Assembly: GCF_006345805.1 (NCBI RefSeq)
Contig: NC_043000.1
Location: 16,802,001-16,866,000 of the forward strand
DNA length: 64,000 nucleotides
Direction: 5' to 3'
DNA from: Octopus sinensis
Taxonomy: Eukaryota
In this document: in pieces, positions 51,605 through 59,682 of the stretch
How positions within the stretch are numbered: position 1 is the stretch's first letter
Layout: each line of letters begins with the position of its first letter
The notes under the pieces: model-generated
Database searches by the model: none
Told to the model about the DNA's origin: nothing
The model's input: only the letters and a program-made list of their open reading frames with translations
Translations under genes and position numbers: made by a program

Positions 51605-53667
51605 TCTACTGGGCAATCACAACATTATTATCAAATTATTTTGGTTAAATTGTCATTATTACTGAATTATTATCATTAATTTTATTAATTCATTACTATT
51701 TCTACTGTTGTTAAGTAACAGGTGAGTTCTGATGACGCCGAAGGCAAGAGAACCTGCATGGATTGTTATATCACATCTGAGTTCACAGCCTCATTTTTCT
51801 GGGTTTATATGTTGCATTAGGGTTAATTTTGTGTTAATTTTTTTCACTATAGTTTTAATATTATAAACATGGTAACACACTAGACTGAATTCAAACGAAT
51901 ATCATCTCTCATTTCTTTCAAAATCTTTAACTCTTTAGCATTTAAACCGGCCATATCCGGCCAAAAATATTCTGCCTTTTTTATGTTCAAACTAGCCATA
52001 TCTGGTCTCTCACACCAACCCTACAATATCGTTTTAAAAATTAACAGCTACCTCATCAAAATCTCATAGCTACAAGATAATGCATGATTAATTCAAAACA
52101 ATGTAGATGAAGAAGCACTAATTTTGTCAGAATAATGCGAACACTAAAGGGTTAAATGCCTTGTAATTATTAAGATACCCCCCACCACCACCACAAAAAA
52201 CCCCCCACAAAAAACCCCATCATACTTATCAATGCCCCAGATGGACATATCAATATGTTATTGATGAAGCTAAAGTGTCAGTTAAACCTACTTAACAATC
52301 AAGAAATTAATTTATTTCAGTTTTGTTATTTAGATGATGATATTCTAGTTATTCAGATGACAACATTGTTGTCATCTTGATAACCTTGGGTGTTTATGAA
52401 ACTATTTTCTACATTAGTATAAAAGTTCAACCGCCCTGTGCTCCTACCATGATAATGGGTTTAATGAAAGCTTTAAACAAGCAAGAACTTTTGGTCATTA
52501 TGTAAGCAGAATTTATGACTCAAATTATTATACACCTCATATAACAACCATTTACTCCACAAGCTAACGAATGGAGCCTTTTGTGCAGTTGAACGATCTG
52601 CTAGAAATAGCAGGAAAATCTCCTTCAAATCACATTTTATTATCTTAAAAATGAAAGGATATATTCAATAGACCACTATATTTGAAGAAAAGATAGGACC
52701 TGTAGTTATTAAATGTTAATGATTTGTGAATCTATTGATTTGTGAATCTACTGACTTGTAAATCTAAATAAAATACTTTTTGGATATCATCAGCATAAAT
52801 ATCATGCTTATTTTCACAGCAAGCCATTTCTTTGTTAGATTGTATTTGGCAATATCAAACCCTGTTAGTAGACAACATGCAGATGTTAAGATGAGAGGGA
52901 GGGCTATATAACTCGGGCCATTTTCAGAAACAAATCGGTGAAGCTGGGATCAATATTATAGTTGGACGGATATAAATAATAATAATAATAATAAAGGTAA
53001 AAGGAAATCGTCGATGCAATTTAGTAGCGAAGGGAGATAACTATATAGACTGTAGACCAGTGTCTGGTCTGAAAGGTACAGAGTAGGCTCCCTTCAAATA
53101 ATAAAGAACGTTCACTTTGCATTCTGCTAACAGTTGATTTAATAGGCAACACACGTTTCCTGTTTCAGTAGAAGATTTTGAATTCATGATCTACACAAAG
53201 CAAGCGAACTTACAGGGTACTACTCTCAAAGTGTAAATGTGTACTTATAGGAATTAAAAGAATTAAAAAAAAAAAATAAGAGAATTGGTACTAAACCCCA
53301 AGTATGTAGTTAGATAGGAGTAACTGCTTATTAAAAGATAATATGCTAAACACTTGGAGACTTATCTTTTAAGCAGAGACATAAATTTGGTAACTAATAT
53401 GTAGCTACAATCGTACAGTTATTACTAGACTGATGGATGTCTAATAACTTCTTTAACAATCTACTAGAAGGAATCTGAAACCACCTTTAATAGTACACTA
53501 CATAGGCGCAGGAGTGGTTGCGTGGTAAGTAGCTTGCTAACCAACCACATGGTTCCGGGTTCAGTCCCACTGCGTGGCATCTTGGGCAAGTGTCTTCTAC
53601 TATAGCCCCGGGCCGACCAATGCCTTGTGAGTGGATTTGGTAGACGGAAACTGAAAGAAGCCTGTCG

Positions 53668-53701
<34 letters not shown>

Positions 53702-56700
53702 CGTGTGTTTGTTCCCCTAGCATTGCTTGACAACCGATGCTGGTGTGTTTACGTCCCCGTCACTTAGCGGTTCGGCAAAAGAGACCGATAGAATAAGTAC
53801 TGGGCTTACAAAAAGAATAAGTCCCGGGGTCGAGTTGCTCGACTAAAGGCAGTGCTCCAGCATGGCCGCAGTCAAATGACTGAAAAGAGTAAAAGAGTAA
53901 AAGAGTACAATAAAAACAGAGAGAAAGGATTTTAAATCCCTTTCAATAGTATGGCCATACTAAACATAGAAGGGGTCTCAAGCTATAAATGTGAAGAGTT
54001 ACTGGAATAGCTTTATTGATTTCTTCATCGTTTAGTTTTTACATCTGTTTTAATCTCATTAAGTCCCAGTTACATTTCAGTGGTCCCCACATATTTATGG
54101 GAGGAAGGGGATCTCTTGTCATTTTAGAGAGAGGGTTGCTCTTATCCCCCTCCCCTCTCTCACACTGAGACCTGTAGAAAAGCAACTTAACAATGATGTA
54201 GTAGGAGGGCCTACTCCTTCTTAGCTTGGACAAGGTAGAAAGAGAAAAATTTTAAAAATGTTAAAAATCATCACTATTTTAGTCTAAGACCAAACATTGC
54301 ATTAGTTTTATTGGTTAGGTAAGTCTATCAAACATGCAAATTAAATCAAGTGACCTGGAGGAAGGTGGGGCTAAAAAGACTCTTGAAGAGGTGTGGGAAG
54401 AAAATGGATGAAGGGATCATATTCTTCATATTTTAATTAGAATTACATGATATTTTTTTCAATGTTGGCAAACACACATATCAACTCCTTGAGCCAAGAT
54501 AAATACATCCAACGCCTTTACTATACATTTCATACATAGCACCTCTTAATCAAATACCTCAAACATACACTTTCACAGTCTCATATCCATAATCATTGAC
54601 AGAGGTACACATGCACATATACACACTCTTTCTCCTTTCGCTCTGATACCACACACCAACTATAAGCGCTTTGCTTTCCAATTTCTTTCTCTCTATCTCT
54701 CTCTCTCTCTCACAGACACACACACAAATCCTCTTTCACTGCCAAAAAAACCTACCTCTTTTCTCTCTCTTACATACATATATATACATACATAAGTATG
54801 TGCCACACTTACCTTGGTAGAACTGTCAGCGTTGTGGTCATTTTGAAGCAAAAGGTTTGCTGATCCAATGTCATCTTTTTTAGCAGCGATATGTAAGGCT
54901 GGCAGGCGTACTTTGCCTTTGGTGTCATGTTCTAGGAGAACAGCTACAACCTTATCATGCCCTTGTTGTAGTGCTACAGCAAGTGGAGTGAAACCATCCT
55001 GAAATATAGACAAAATACTTATTTATACTACATTCACCTGTTGAACACCTCACACAAATTCATGTTTAGACGAGGTAGGTTTTTACTATCATTACTATCA
55101 TCATCATTTTTACTGGAGTGGATGATAGAATTAGGAAACCATCAGACGAAATGCTATTTATGTTTTAAGTCAGAATTCATATTTCTTTATTGCCCACAAG
55201 GGGCTAAACATAGAGGGGACAAACAAAGGGATTAAGTCGATTACATCGACCCCAGTGTGTAACTGGTACTTAATTTATCGACTCCAAAAGGATGAAAGGC
55301 AAATTTGACCTCAACGGAGTTTGAACTCAGAACATAACGGCAAACAAAATACCGCCAAGAATTTCGTCTGGCATGCTAACGTTTCTGCCAACTCGCTGCC
55401 TTCCAGAATTCTGTCAGGGCCACCTTTGGCTGTCATCCTTCAGGAGTTGATAAAATAAGTACCAGCCAAGTAACAAGGTCAAGTAGAACTTGTGGCCTTG
55501 TGCTTAAGTCAGAAATCATTATCATTATGGCAGTGAAGTGGCAGAATTGTAAATGCTCCAGACAAAATACCATGCAATATATCATATCTTCTGGCTCTTT
55601 TACACTCTGCTTTCAAATCCTGCCAAGACCAACTTTGTCGCTAATCCTTTCAAGGTTCATAAAGTAGCAGTAAAGTACAGTACAGGCTGCCTGGTTCAGA
55701 CAAACTTGTATTATTTATGAAGGCCAAGACACACAGTTATAGTGGACTGCGACAGAAACAAGTGGATTGCTCAATTTATTTTTAATGCATTATATCCATT
55801 TTTTCATGCTTTCATAGTTTGGGATAATTTTTTTTTTTATGTAACTGTCTTTACTGGTGGATAATTAGTTCCGCCAACCACTGTCTACTGAACTAACAGG
55901 CAAAGTTGGGTAACTTTTTCAAATGAAATTTCATTACTTCTTTATCATTAATATATTATACATCAGTATAATGTACATGCATATGAATTTCATTACTGTT
56001 AATCTACAAATATTAAAAATTTAATAACAATTGTACAAAAAAAAAAAAAAGAGGACAATAATACTTACCACAGTGGCAAGGCTCTGGCTAGCCCCGTTGT
56101 CCAAGAGAAACTTGACCACTTCAGAATGGCCTTCTTGCGCTGCCATGTACAATGGTGTGAATCCGGTCTGTAGAAAAAGATATATCAAATGTAAAAATAT
56201 GTGTATGATGAGTGATTGCTATTGTTTTAACAATCCTGTGAGAGGGATGTTTTGGGGGGTAGAATTTAAACCAGCCAAACACTAGATGTAGGTGTTACAG
56301 ACATTAATGAAGGGACTATACTGATATGATGGACTGGGTTCGGGGAAACTACAGTCAAATGATAAAATTAATCTTTGTGGACTAAGTGTATTGGTGACAG
56401 GCACTGAACAGTGCTGTTGACAGTATATGAACCACTAACTATACCACAGGTTGTATCGTAAGCCTACTGACTTGATTATCTGAGATACTACAAAGAAGTA
56501 GGACTGTGTTCGTCTAGCCATGCAAGTATGAATGAAATGGCTCTTCAAATGCAGTTGTTTATGAAAGAATTATTAGAACAAGTGCATTTAAAGGTGTAAT
56601 GTACAATAATTATGCTAACTGTTCAAATAAAAAAATGTTTGAAATGTCCCTTCTCATGCTATCCTCTTCACCACATAATTGCTTATAAACATCAGTAAAT

Positions 56701-59682
56701 TGCACAGCAATTATAAGTAAAATGATTTTCTTAGAAAAATGCATCCAAACACAACAGTATTTGATTTGCTAAGCCCAAACATCATGTGGTAAAATTATGT
56801 GCAGAGGAGTTCGCCCAGCATAATTAAACCCGCATTGCTCCAATTATCTAATCTCAAAAGTTACACACACCAGAAACAACAACAATCCAGACAAAGCAAC
56901 ATAATTAAATTATACCATCCTACACTCTATATAACAAACTAGGGACCTAAGGAGATGACGAAGGACCTAGATGTCTGGTGCTTTGCTGTTCTCAAGAAAA
57001 CCCGTCCACTACATCAGAACTGATATCGGTGCTGGTGCCACATAAAAGGCACTTGCTCTGGGACCACATAAAGAGCACCCAGTAAATTTTGTAAAGTGGT
57101 TGGCATTAGGAAGGGCATCCAGATATAGAAACCATGCTAGAAGACAATTGGGACCTGGTGCAGTCCCCAGCTTTACCAGCTCCCATCAACCTGTCCAACT
57201 CATACCAGCATGGAAAACAGATGTTAAATGATGATGATGACAATGCATCATAGAACCGAGAGCAATGTCACCACAAACTAGGCTAAATCAAGGCACACAC
57301 ATATAGTGAACATGAAAATGATGACGGCCAAATTTAGGATGACACAATGGCGTCATGTCATAATCCCATCTAATTATAGCTTACAGACGCTGCTATTAAG
57401 TCACCATAGTTGTCACAGCCATTGTCACCACAATGTCCACCATCCTCATCATAAAATGTGCATTTAACTCCCATACCTGACTAAAACATGGCATAACAGA
57501 GTTATCATACACATGTCAATTACTCCCTTAAATCACACTATCACCTTAAAAAAGCATGGTCACATTGGATAATGTAGTCTCATTATCTATCTATCCGCTC
57601 AGTCGAAGTTGACTCTCAGTTACTCGTTGGATCAGTGTCCTCCAGTCAGTTCTATCCTGGGCCGCTTCTTTCAGATTGGCTTTGTCCATTCCGGTATCAC
57701 TCTTGATGGTGTCAAGCCAGTGGGTTCTTGGTCGGCCTCTTCCTCTCTTGTCACTGACCATTCCGAGCATGATGTCCTTCTCCAGGGATTTTCTCCGCAT
57801 AATATGACCGAAATATGCCAATCTATGCTTGGTGATCCTAGCTTCTAGCGTCACCTTTGGTCATGAATGACCATGGGATTGCACCTAGAAAGTTCCTCTC
57901 CTAGGCACAAGTCTGGGCAAGGTTGTATATGGAAGACCAACAGTTGCCCATGCATACCAGCCTCCACTTTCCATGCCACTGATGTCATCCAAGGGAAAGG
58001 CCTGGTACCAGTGATGTCACAACTCATTTCTACAGCTGAGTAAACTGGAGCAACATGACAGTGTTTTGCTCAAGAACGCAACACACAGTCTGGTTCAGGG
58101 ATTGAACTCACTACATTATGATTGCGAGCCCAACACTAACCACTGAGCCATGCACCTTCACATATATATTTATTTATATAAAAGCTGGAGTGGTCTGAAA
58201 TGTTGCTTGATCAGGGCTGATCTGGAACTAGGCAACAACAATCTGCTATTATTCAAACAGCCACATACATACCACTGATAAGGCTGAGCATAATTGGGCA
58301 AGAGTTAACGAATGACAACAACAAATTACTGTCAATTAATGATGACCATGCTCATAAGAGACACCATACAAAATGCAGGCATCAAGATTTGAACTCACAG
58401 TTGTTTGGCAACCATTGAAAGCTACAACAACAAAAGAGACAAAATTTTTGACCAAGAAACTGGACTATTGCCATTGCTGACTGGTGGTAGTAGTGGTGGT
58501 AGTGGTTGTGGTGGTGGTTAGTGTTGTAGCAATGGTGCAGTGTGTGACAACAAAGCAGAGCTGCTGGTTTGGTATATACACAACTGGCACATCTCCCAGT
58601 GTTCATCTCCTCCTCCACTACCTTTGCTCTCCACAAAGAGAAATAGGAGAGCAAGAGGAGGGAGGAGTTTATAGACTTGAAAATGCGTGGGAAGAGAGGG
58701 AGAGAGAGAGAGAGAAAGAAGAGGAGGAAGAGAATACATTACAAGCAGCAGTAATCGAAGTAAATACTGGTTGAATGATACAACACAAAAAGCATATATT
58801 TATTATATATTTTAAATACCAATCCATATTGATCTGTCTGTCTATCTGATCTATCTCTGTACCTTGCTCTCTCTCTAACTTCTCCTCCCCATCATTTAAT
58901 AAATACAGTAGTTATGGGCTGGCTACTTCAAGTTTTCATACTTGAAAAGTACAATATTCAGCTGTGCTTGTAAAAGCCATAGCCTGAATGATTCCTGGAT
59001 CGTATACAGCACACAATGTATAACTGACTGAATATTGTACTTTTCAAGTATGAAACTTGAAATAATCATCTACAACTTCTATACTTATTAAATAGTATTT
59101 CCTGCTTACTGGGGTGCTTTTTTTTTTTTTTTGCTAATCCCATCCACACATAAAGTCTCACTCTGAAATTAGGATGATTGTTTTTTTAACAGGTTGGAAC
59201 TTGGTTGACATAAGCAGAATCTGAACTCATAGCACAGAGAGTCAAAGACAATGATGCATTTTATTCAATGTGTTAAATTCATTGTTCTCAGTTCAAATCC
59301 AGGTAGCTTTTTTATTCCACCAAATCACTAAAATGAATACATACCAAAGATGCCAAAAAGAACATGTGAGCTCTGTTCCACAGCAATGCTAAAGGCATCT
59401 GAGATATCAATCTCTATCACACATACATTACTACTCAAGGGATTTATAAATGATACCTGCAATGAATTACAACAGTACAAGAGTGTTGTACTCTGCACGG
59501 TACAGGACATTACTGTATCACTGACTACAGAACAGTCTCTCTCTCTCTCTCTCTCACTTTTAATAAAATAAAAGTATCCATACCATTGATTGTACGTTGA
59601 CCTTGGCACCATTCTGTACGAGGATTTTGACAATTTCCTCATGACCAGCCAATGAGGCGATGTGTAGGGCGGTATTCCCTTT
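1395..59682 (-). CDS. ANK2: Ankyrin (ANK2/unc-44-like), partial multi-exon gene: 18 exons encoding about ANK repeats 3-24 and the start of the MBD-SBD linker
   Basis: The joined exons give an uninterrupted 746-codon frame. It follows vertebrate AnkB and Drosophila Ank2 repeat by repeat (e.g. [69 protein letters not shown]). All introns are GT-AG. The gene is open at both window ends. Paralog identity is from recalled sequences, not a search. Confidence 0.95.
2221..2604 (-). mobile_element. SINE family B (GTGGAGGCGCAATGGCCCAGTGG head), tail type 1
   Basis: Reverse complement of the 19768 and 39907 copies. Confidence 0.87.
3320..3680. repeat. Purine-rich minisatellite (GAGAGTAGGG variants)
   Basis: Almost pure A/G with a periodic T; source of the L/S/P-rich false ORFs at 3199-3760. 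Confidence 0.9.
3819..3917 (-). CDS. ANK2: Ankyrin exon, 99 nt: [33 protein letters not shown]
   Basis: Acceptor ttccag, donor GTAAGT, phase 0/0; lies after a 22.9-kb intron. Confidence 0.96.
4083..4497 (+). mobile_element. tRNA-headed SINE family A (GGCGCAGGAGTGGCTGTGTGGTAAG..., AAAGAGT tail)
   Basis: A-box-like and B-box-like head (GGTTCAGTCCC), internal (TA)n(TG)n tract; near-identical copies elsewhere in the window. Confidence 0.85.
6378..6744. mobile_element. Head-to-head inverted dimer of SINE family D
   Basis: Minus copy 6378-6544 fused to plus copy 6545-6744; flanked by a 19-bp direct repeat. Confidence 0.85.
7567..8051 (+). mobile_element. Non-autonomous Helitron with an internal tandem repeat of about 120 bp
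   Basis: A|TC 5' end, CCCGAGCAACGCCGGG subterminal hairpin, CTAG|T 3' end, no TSD. Confidence 0.85.
10715..11086 (+). mobile_element. CR1-clade LINE 3' end fragment
   Basis: The frame ending at TGA 11005 reads [48 protein letters not shown]; (CTAA)n tail at 11066-11086. Confidence 0.85.
12732..12963 (-). mobile_element. SINE family D (AGGCGGCGAGCTGGCAGAAACG head, AATAAAGAAAT tail); other copies at 2765-2983(-), 24778-25168(-, tandem pair), 31138-31376(+), 55180-55402(-), plus many decayed relatives
   Basis: Repeated body ...GAGTTCAAATTCCGCCGAGGTCGACTTTGCCTTTCATCCTTTCGGGGTCGATAAATTAAGTACCAG... Confidence 0.87.
13253..13603 (+). mobile_element. Retroposon family E with internal tandem units of about 62 bp and a (GAT)n tail; other copies at 24255-24533(+), 62070-62300(-), 45383-45530(-), 57025-57240(+), 31615-31790(+), 9785-9960(+), 63930-64000(+)
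   Basis: Three units of CACCATCCGAGCGTGGCCG..GCCAGCCTCG.CTGG..GGTGGCAC.TAAAAA, then GAGTGGTTGGCGTTAGGAAGGGCATCCAG...CCCATGCTAGCATGG...GATGATGAT. Confidence 0.83.
14047..14366. repeat. Tandem repeat, about 5 units of TAGGCAAAAAAAATATTGATAAAT(AAT)nAAAAGTAATTTCTAACT
   Basis: Seen directly; (AAT)n length varies between units. Confidence 0.92.
19768..20140 (+). mobile_element. SINE family B, tail type 1
   Basis: 12-bp TSD ACTTTTGACAAG (19756-67, 20141-52). Confidence 0.9.
21009..21077. repeat. (TG)n microsatellite; representative of many (TA)n, (CA)n, (AAT)n and (GAT)n tracts
   Basis: Seen directly. Confidence 0.95.
22329..22712 (+). mobile_element. SINE family B, tail type 1
   Basis: TSD TATTAGCTAAGC. 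Confidence 0.88.
23205..23470 (-). mobile_element. SINE with a B-like head and tail type 3 (CACCTGCGACGGACCGG...GAGCCAGG...TCGAGAAGG)
   Basis: Matches 29680-29975. Confidence 0.8.
26190..26320 (-). mobile_element. Highly decayed RTE-like remnant
   Basis: [10 protein letters not shown]...[11 protein letters not shown] resembles the RTE ESW..K and RLRWFGHV motifs. Confidence 0.35.
26851..26949 (-). CDS. ANK2: Ankyrin exon, 99 nt: [33 protein letters not shown]
   Basis: Acceptor tcttag, donor GTATGT, phase 0/0. Confidence 0.96.
27096..28128. mobile_element. Tc1/mariner-like non-autonomous element interrupted by the CR1 insertion
   Basis: About 29-bp TIRs (TGAGGGGGTGTTGAAAAGTTCCTGGCTTT and AAAGCCAGGAATTTTTCAACACACCCTTG), each flanked by TA. 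Confidence 0.75.
27150..27958 (-). mobile_element. CR1-clade LINE, 5'-truncated, ORF2 C-terminus (241-aa open frame 27215-27940)
   Basis: Motifs [59 protein letters not shown]; (TAT)n tail; flanked by CAGGAAGAT/CAGGAAAGAT, a TSD-like pair. Confidence 0.9.
28274..28372 (-). CDS. ANK2: Ankyrin exon, 99 nt: [33 protein letters not shown]
   Basis: Acceptor tttcag, donor GTATGC, phase 0/0. Confidence 0.96.
28784..29170 (+). mobile_element. Non-autonomous Helitron
   Basis: A|TCTATATATAAAGCTGAAG ... CCCGAGCAACGCCGGGCGATACTGCTAG|T. Confidence 0.85.
29366..29464 (-). CDS. ANK2: Ankyrin exon, 99 nt: [33 protein letters not shown]
   Basis: Acceptor taacag, donor GTAAGT, phase 0/0. Confidence 0.96.
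29680..30238 (-). mobile_element. Two adjacent SINEs: B-like head with tail 3 (29680-29975) and a different head and core with a tail-3-like end (29990-30238)
   Basis: Both carry GGAC..GTCCCGTCCAG.TGGGGAAC..ATACGCC..GAAACC; they differ in the central domain. Confidence 0.78.
30847..30945 (-). CDS. ANK2: Ankyrin exon, 99 nt: [33 protein letters not shown]
   Basis: Acceptor ttacag, donor GTAAGT, phase 0/0. Confidence 0.96.
32612..32809 (-). CDS. ANK2: Ankyrin exon, 198 nt: [66 protein letters not shown]
   Basis: Acceptor ttgcag, donor GTACCT; two repeats. Confidence 0.96.
33410..33603. mobile_element. 194-bp inverted-repeat element inside (TA)n
   Basis: ATAAAATATAAAATGGGACAAGAAC at 33410 and its reverse complement with a 1-nt indel at 33578-33603; internal short direct repeat AAACATCCAGA..GATACAAAAA. 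Confidence 0.6.
33683..33880 (-). CDS. ANK2: Ankyrin exon, 198 nt: [66 protein letters not shown]
   Basis: Acceptor tttcag, donor GTACGT; two repeats; missed by the ORF track. Confidence 0.96.
34030..34400 (+). mobile_element. Decayed CR1/Jockey-group LINE ORF2 3' fragment
   Basis: [21 protein letters not shown] (W-to-stop) and [13 protein letters not shown] segments across frameshifts. Confidence 0.6.
36074..36271 (-). CDS. ANK2: Ankyrin exon, 198 nt: [66 protein letters not shown]
   Basis: Acceptor ttccag, donor GTAAGT; two repeats. Confidence 0.97.
36613..36715. repeat. Two tandem units of 52 and 51 bp
   Basis: AGCGCTGCTTCT.ATTGGTCA.TCCATGGTG.TGAC..GAGGTCACGGTGAC twice. Confidence 0.9.
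36812..36901. repeat. Perfect 28-bp inverted repeat with an 8-nt loop, extended by a 9-bp outer stem
   Basis: TTCCCTATGGATACCGTATTTATTACAA (36825-52) is the exact reverse complement of 36861-88. Confidence 0.93.
36960..37058 (-). CDS. ANK2: Ankyrin exon, 99 nt: [33 protein letters not shown]
   Basis: Acceptor ccacag, donor GTAAGG, phase 0/0. Confidence 0.97.
37848..37946 (-). CDS. ANK2: Ankyrin exon, 99 nt: [33 protein letters not shown]
   Basis: Acceptor ttttag, donor GTGAGT, phase 0/0; missed by the ORF track. Confidence 0.96.
38200..38538 (+). mobile_element. tRNA-headed SINE family C (TGTTCTTGAGCAAGACACTT core)
   Basis: A/B-box-like head; homologous to 57855-58162 on the minus strand. 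Confidence 0.82.
38779..39091 (+). mobile_element. Non-autonomous Helitron, same subfamily as 28784, internally deleted
   Basis: Same termini and body as 28784-29170, lacking a segment of about 80 bp. Confidence 0.85.
39363..39755 (+). mobile_element. SINE family A copy
   Basis: Aligns end to end with the 53505 copy. Confidence 0.85.
39907..40291 (+). mobile_element. SINE family B, tail type 1
   Basis: TSD-like TATT(T/A)GGTCGATC. Confidence 0.88.
40406..40504 (-). CDS. ANK2: Ankyrin exon, 99 nt: [33 protein letters not shown]
   Basis: Acceptor caacag, donor GTAAGT, phase 0/0; missed by the ORF track. Confidence 0.96.
41775..41873 (-). CDS. ANK2: Ankyrin exon, 99 nt: [33 protein letters not shown]
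   Basis: Acceptor ctgcag, donor GTCAGT, phase 0/0. Confidence 0.96.
42306..42404 (-). CDS. ANK2: Ankyrin exon, 99 nt: [33 protein letters not shown]
   Basis: Acceptor ttacag, donor GTAAAT, phase 0/0. Confidence 0.95.
43094..43401. mobile_element. hAT-superfamily MITE
   Basis: TIRs CAGTGTTTCTCA / TGAGAAGCACTG; perfect 8-bp TSD ATCTAAAT (43086-93, 43402-09). Confidence 0.85.
43452..43550 (-). CDS. ANK2: Ankyrin exon, 99 nt: [33 protein letters not shown]
   Basis: Acceptor ctacag, donor GTAAGT, phase 0/0. Confidence 0.96.
45696..45970 (+). mobile_element. SINE family B head with tail type 2 (GGCCTGCTCGCTTAGCCAGC...GGTCACGTGAT)
   Basis: Same head and core, different 3' half; inserted in (AT)n; tail-only copy at 21091-21210. 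Confidence 0.82.
46363..46748 (-). mobile_element. SINE family B, tail type 1
   Basis: TSD ATTTATTAAGT. Confidence 0.88.
47364..47740 (+). mobile_element. SINE family B, tail type 1
   Basis: TSD-like ACATA(T/C)GCTGTTGTAGT. Confidence 0.88.
50311..50578. mobile_element. 268-bp element with 61-bp inverted repeats enclosing the hammerhead, inserted in (TA)n; probably a non-autonomous Penelope-like or retrozyme relic
   Basis: Arms 50311-50371 and 50518-50578 match at 55/61 positions as reverse complements. Confidence 0.6.
50402..50452 (+). ncRNA. Type I hammerhead ribozyme motif of the Penelope-like-element kind
   Basis: Stem I UCUUAA/UUAGGA; core CUGAUGA (50408-14); stem II GGCAA-CAGAAA-UUGCU; GAAA (50431-34); palindromic stem III ACUGACGUCAGU; GUA cleavage triplet ending at 50446. 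Folded by eye. Confidence 0.8.
50590..51125. repeat. Minisatellite, about 16 units of AGTGACAGTTATAC(AT)n
   Basis: Seen directly; variable (AT)n spacer. Confidence 0.93.
51927..52155 (+). mobile_element. piggyBac-like MITE, same family; more decayed copies near 49080-49290, 30570-30830 and 7070-7270
   Basis: TTAA-CTCTTTAGC ... CTAAAGGG-TTAA, body similar to the 62615 copy. Confidence 0.7.
53505..53906 (+). mobile_element. SINE family A, full length
   Basis: Complete head and (AAAAGAGT)n tail. Confidence 0.88.
54813..54998 (-). CDS. ANK2: Ankyrin exon, 186 nt: [62 protein letters not shown]
   Basis: Acceptor tttcag, donor GTAAGT; contains the short repeat diagnostic of canonical ankyrins. 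Confidence 0.97.
56069..56167 (-). CDS. ANK2: Ankyrin exon, 99 nt: [33 protein letters not shown]
   Basis: Acceptor ctacag, donor GTAAGT, phase 0/0. Confidence 0.96.
57583..57854 (-). mobile_element. RTE-clade LINE 3' fragment
   Basis: [43 protein letters not shown]...AQDRTDWR; short (GATA)n tail. Confidence 0.88.
57855..58162 (-). mobile_element. SINE family C copy, joined directly to the RTE fragment
   Basis: Reverse complement aligns with 38200-38538. Confidence 0.78.
59584..59682 (-). CDS. ANK2: Ankyrin exon, 99 nt: [33 protein letters not shown]
   Basis: Acceptor tttcag, donor GTATGG, phase 0/0, one ANK repeat. Confidence 0.95.

Noticed and set aside
51715-51775. CTGATGA-CGCC-GAA-GGC-AAGAGAAC hammerhead-like string
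   Set aside because: No GAAA after stem II and no credible stems I and III; at best a very decayed relic
53213-53218. Possible 6-nt microexon (YP) before a GTAAGT
   Set aside because: The acceptor is the third of several closely spaced AGs and its context is poor
53505-53575. tRNA-like A/B boxes at SINE heads
   Set aside because: No complete cloverleaf; they are SINE Pol III promoters, not tRNA genes
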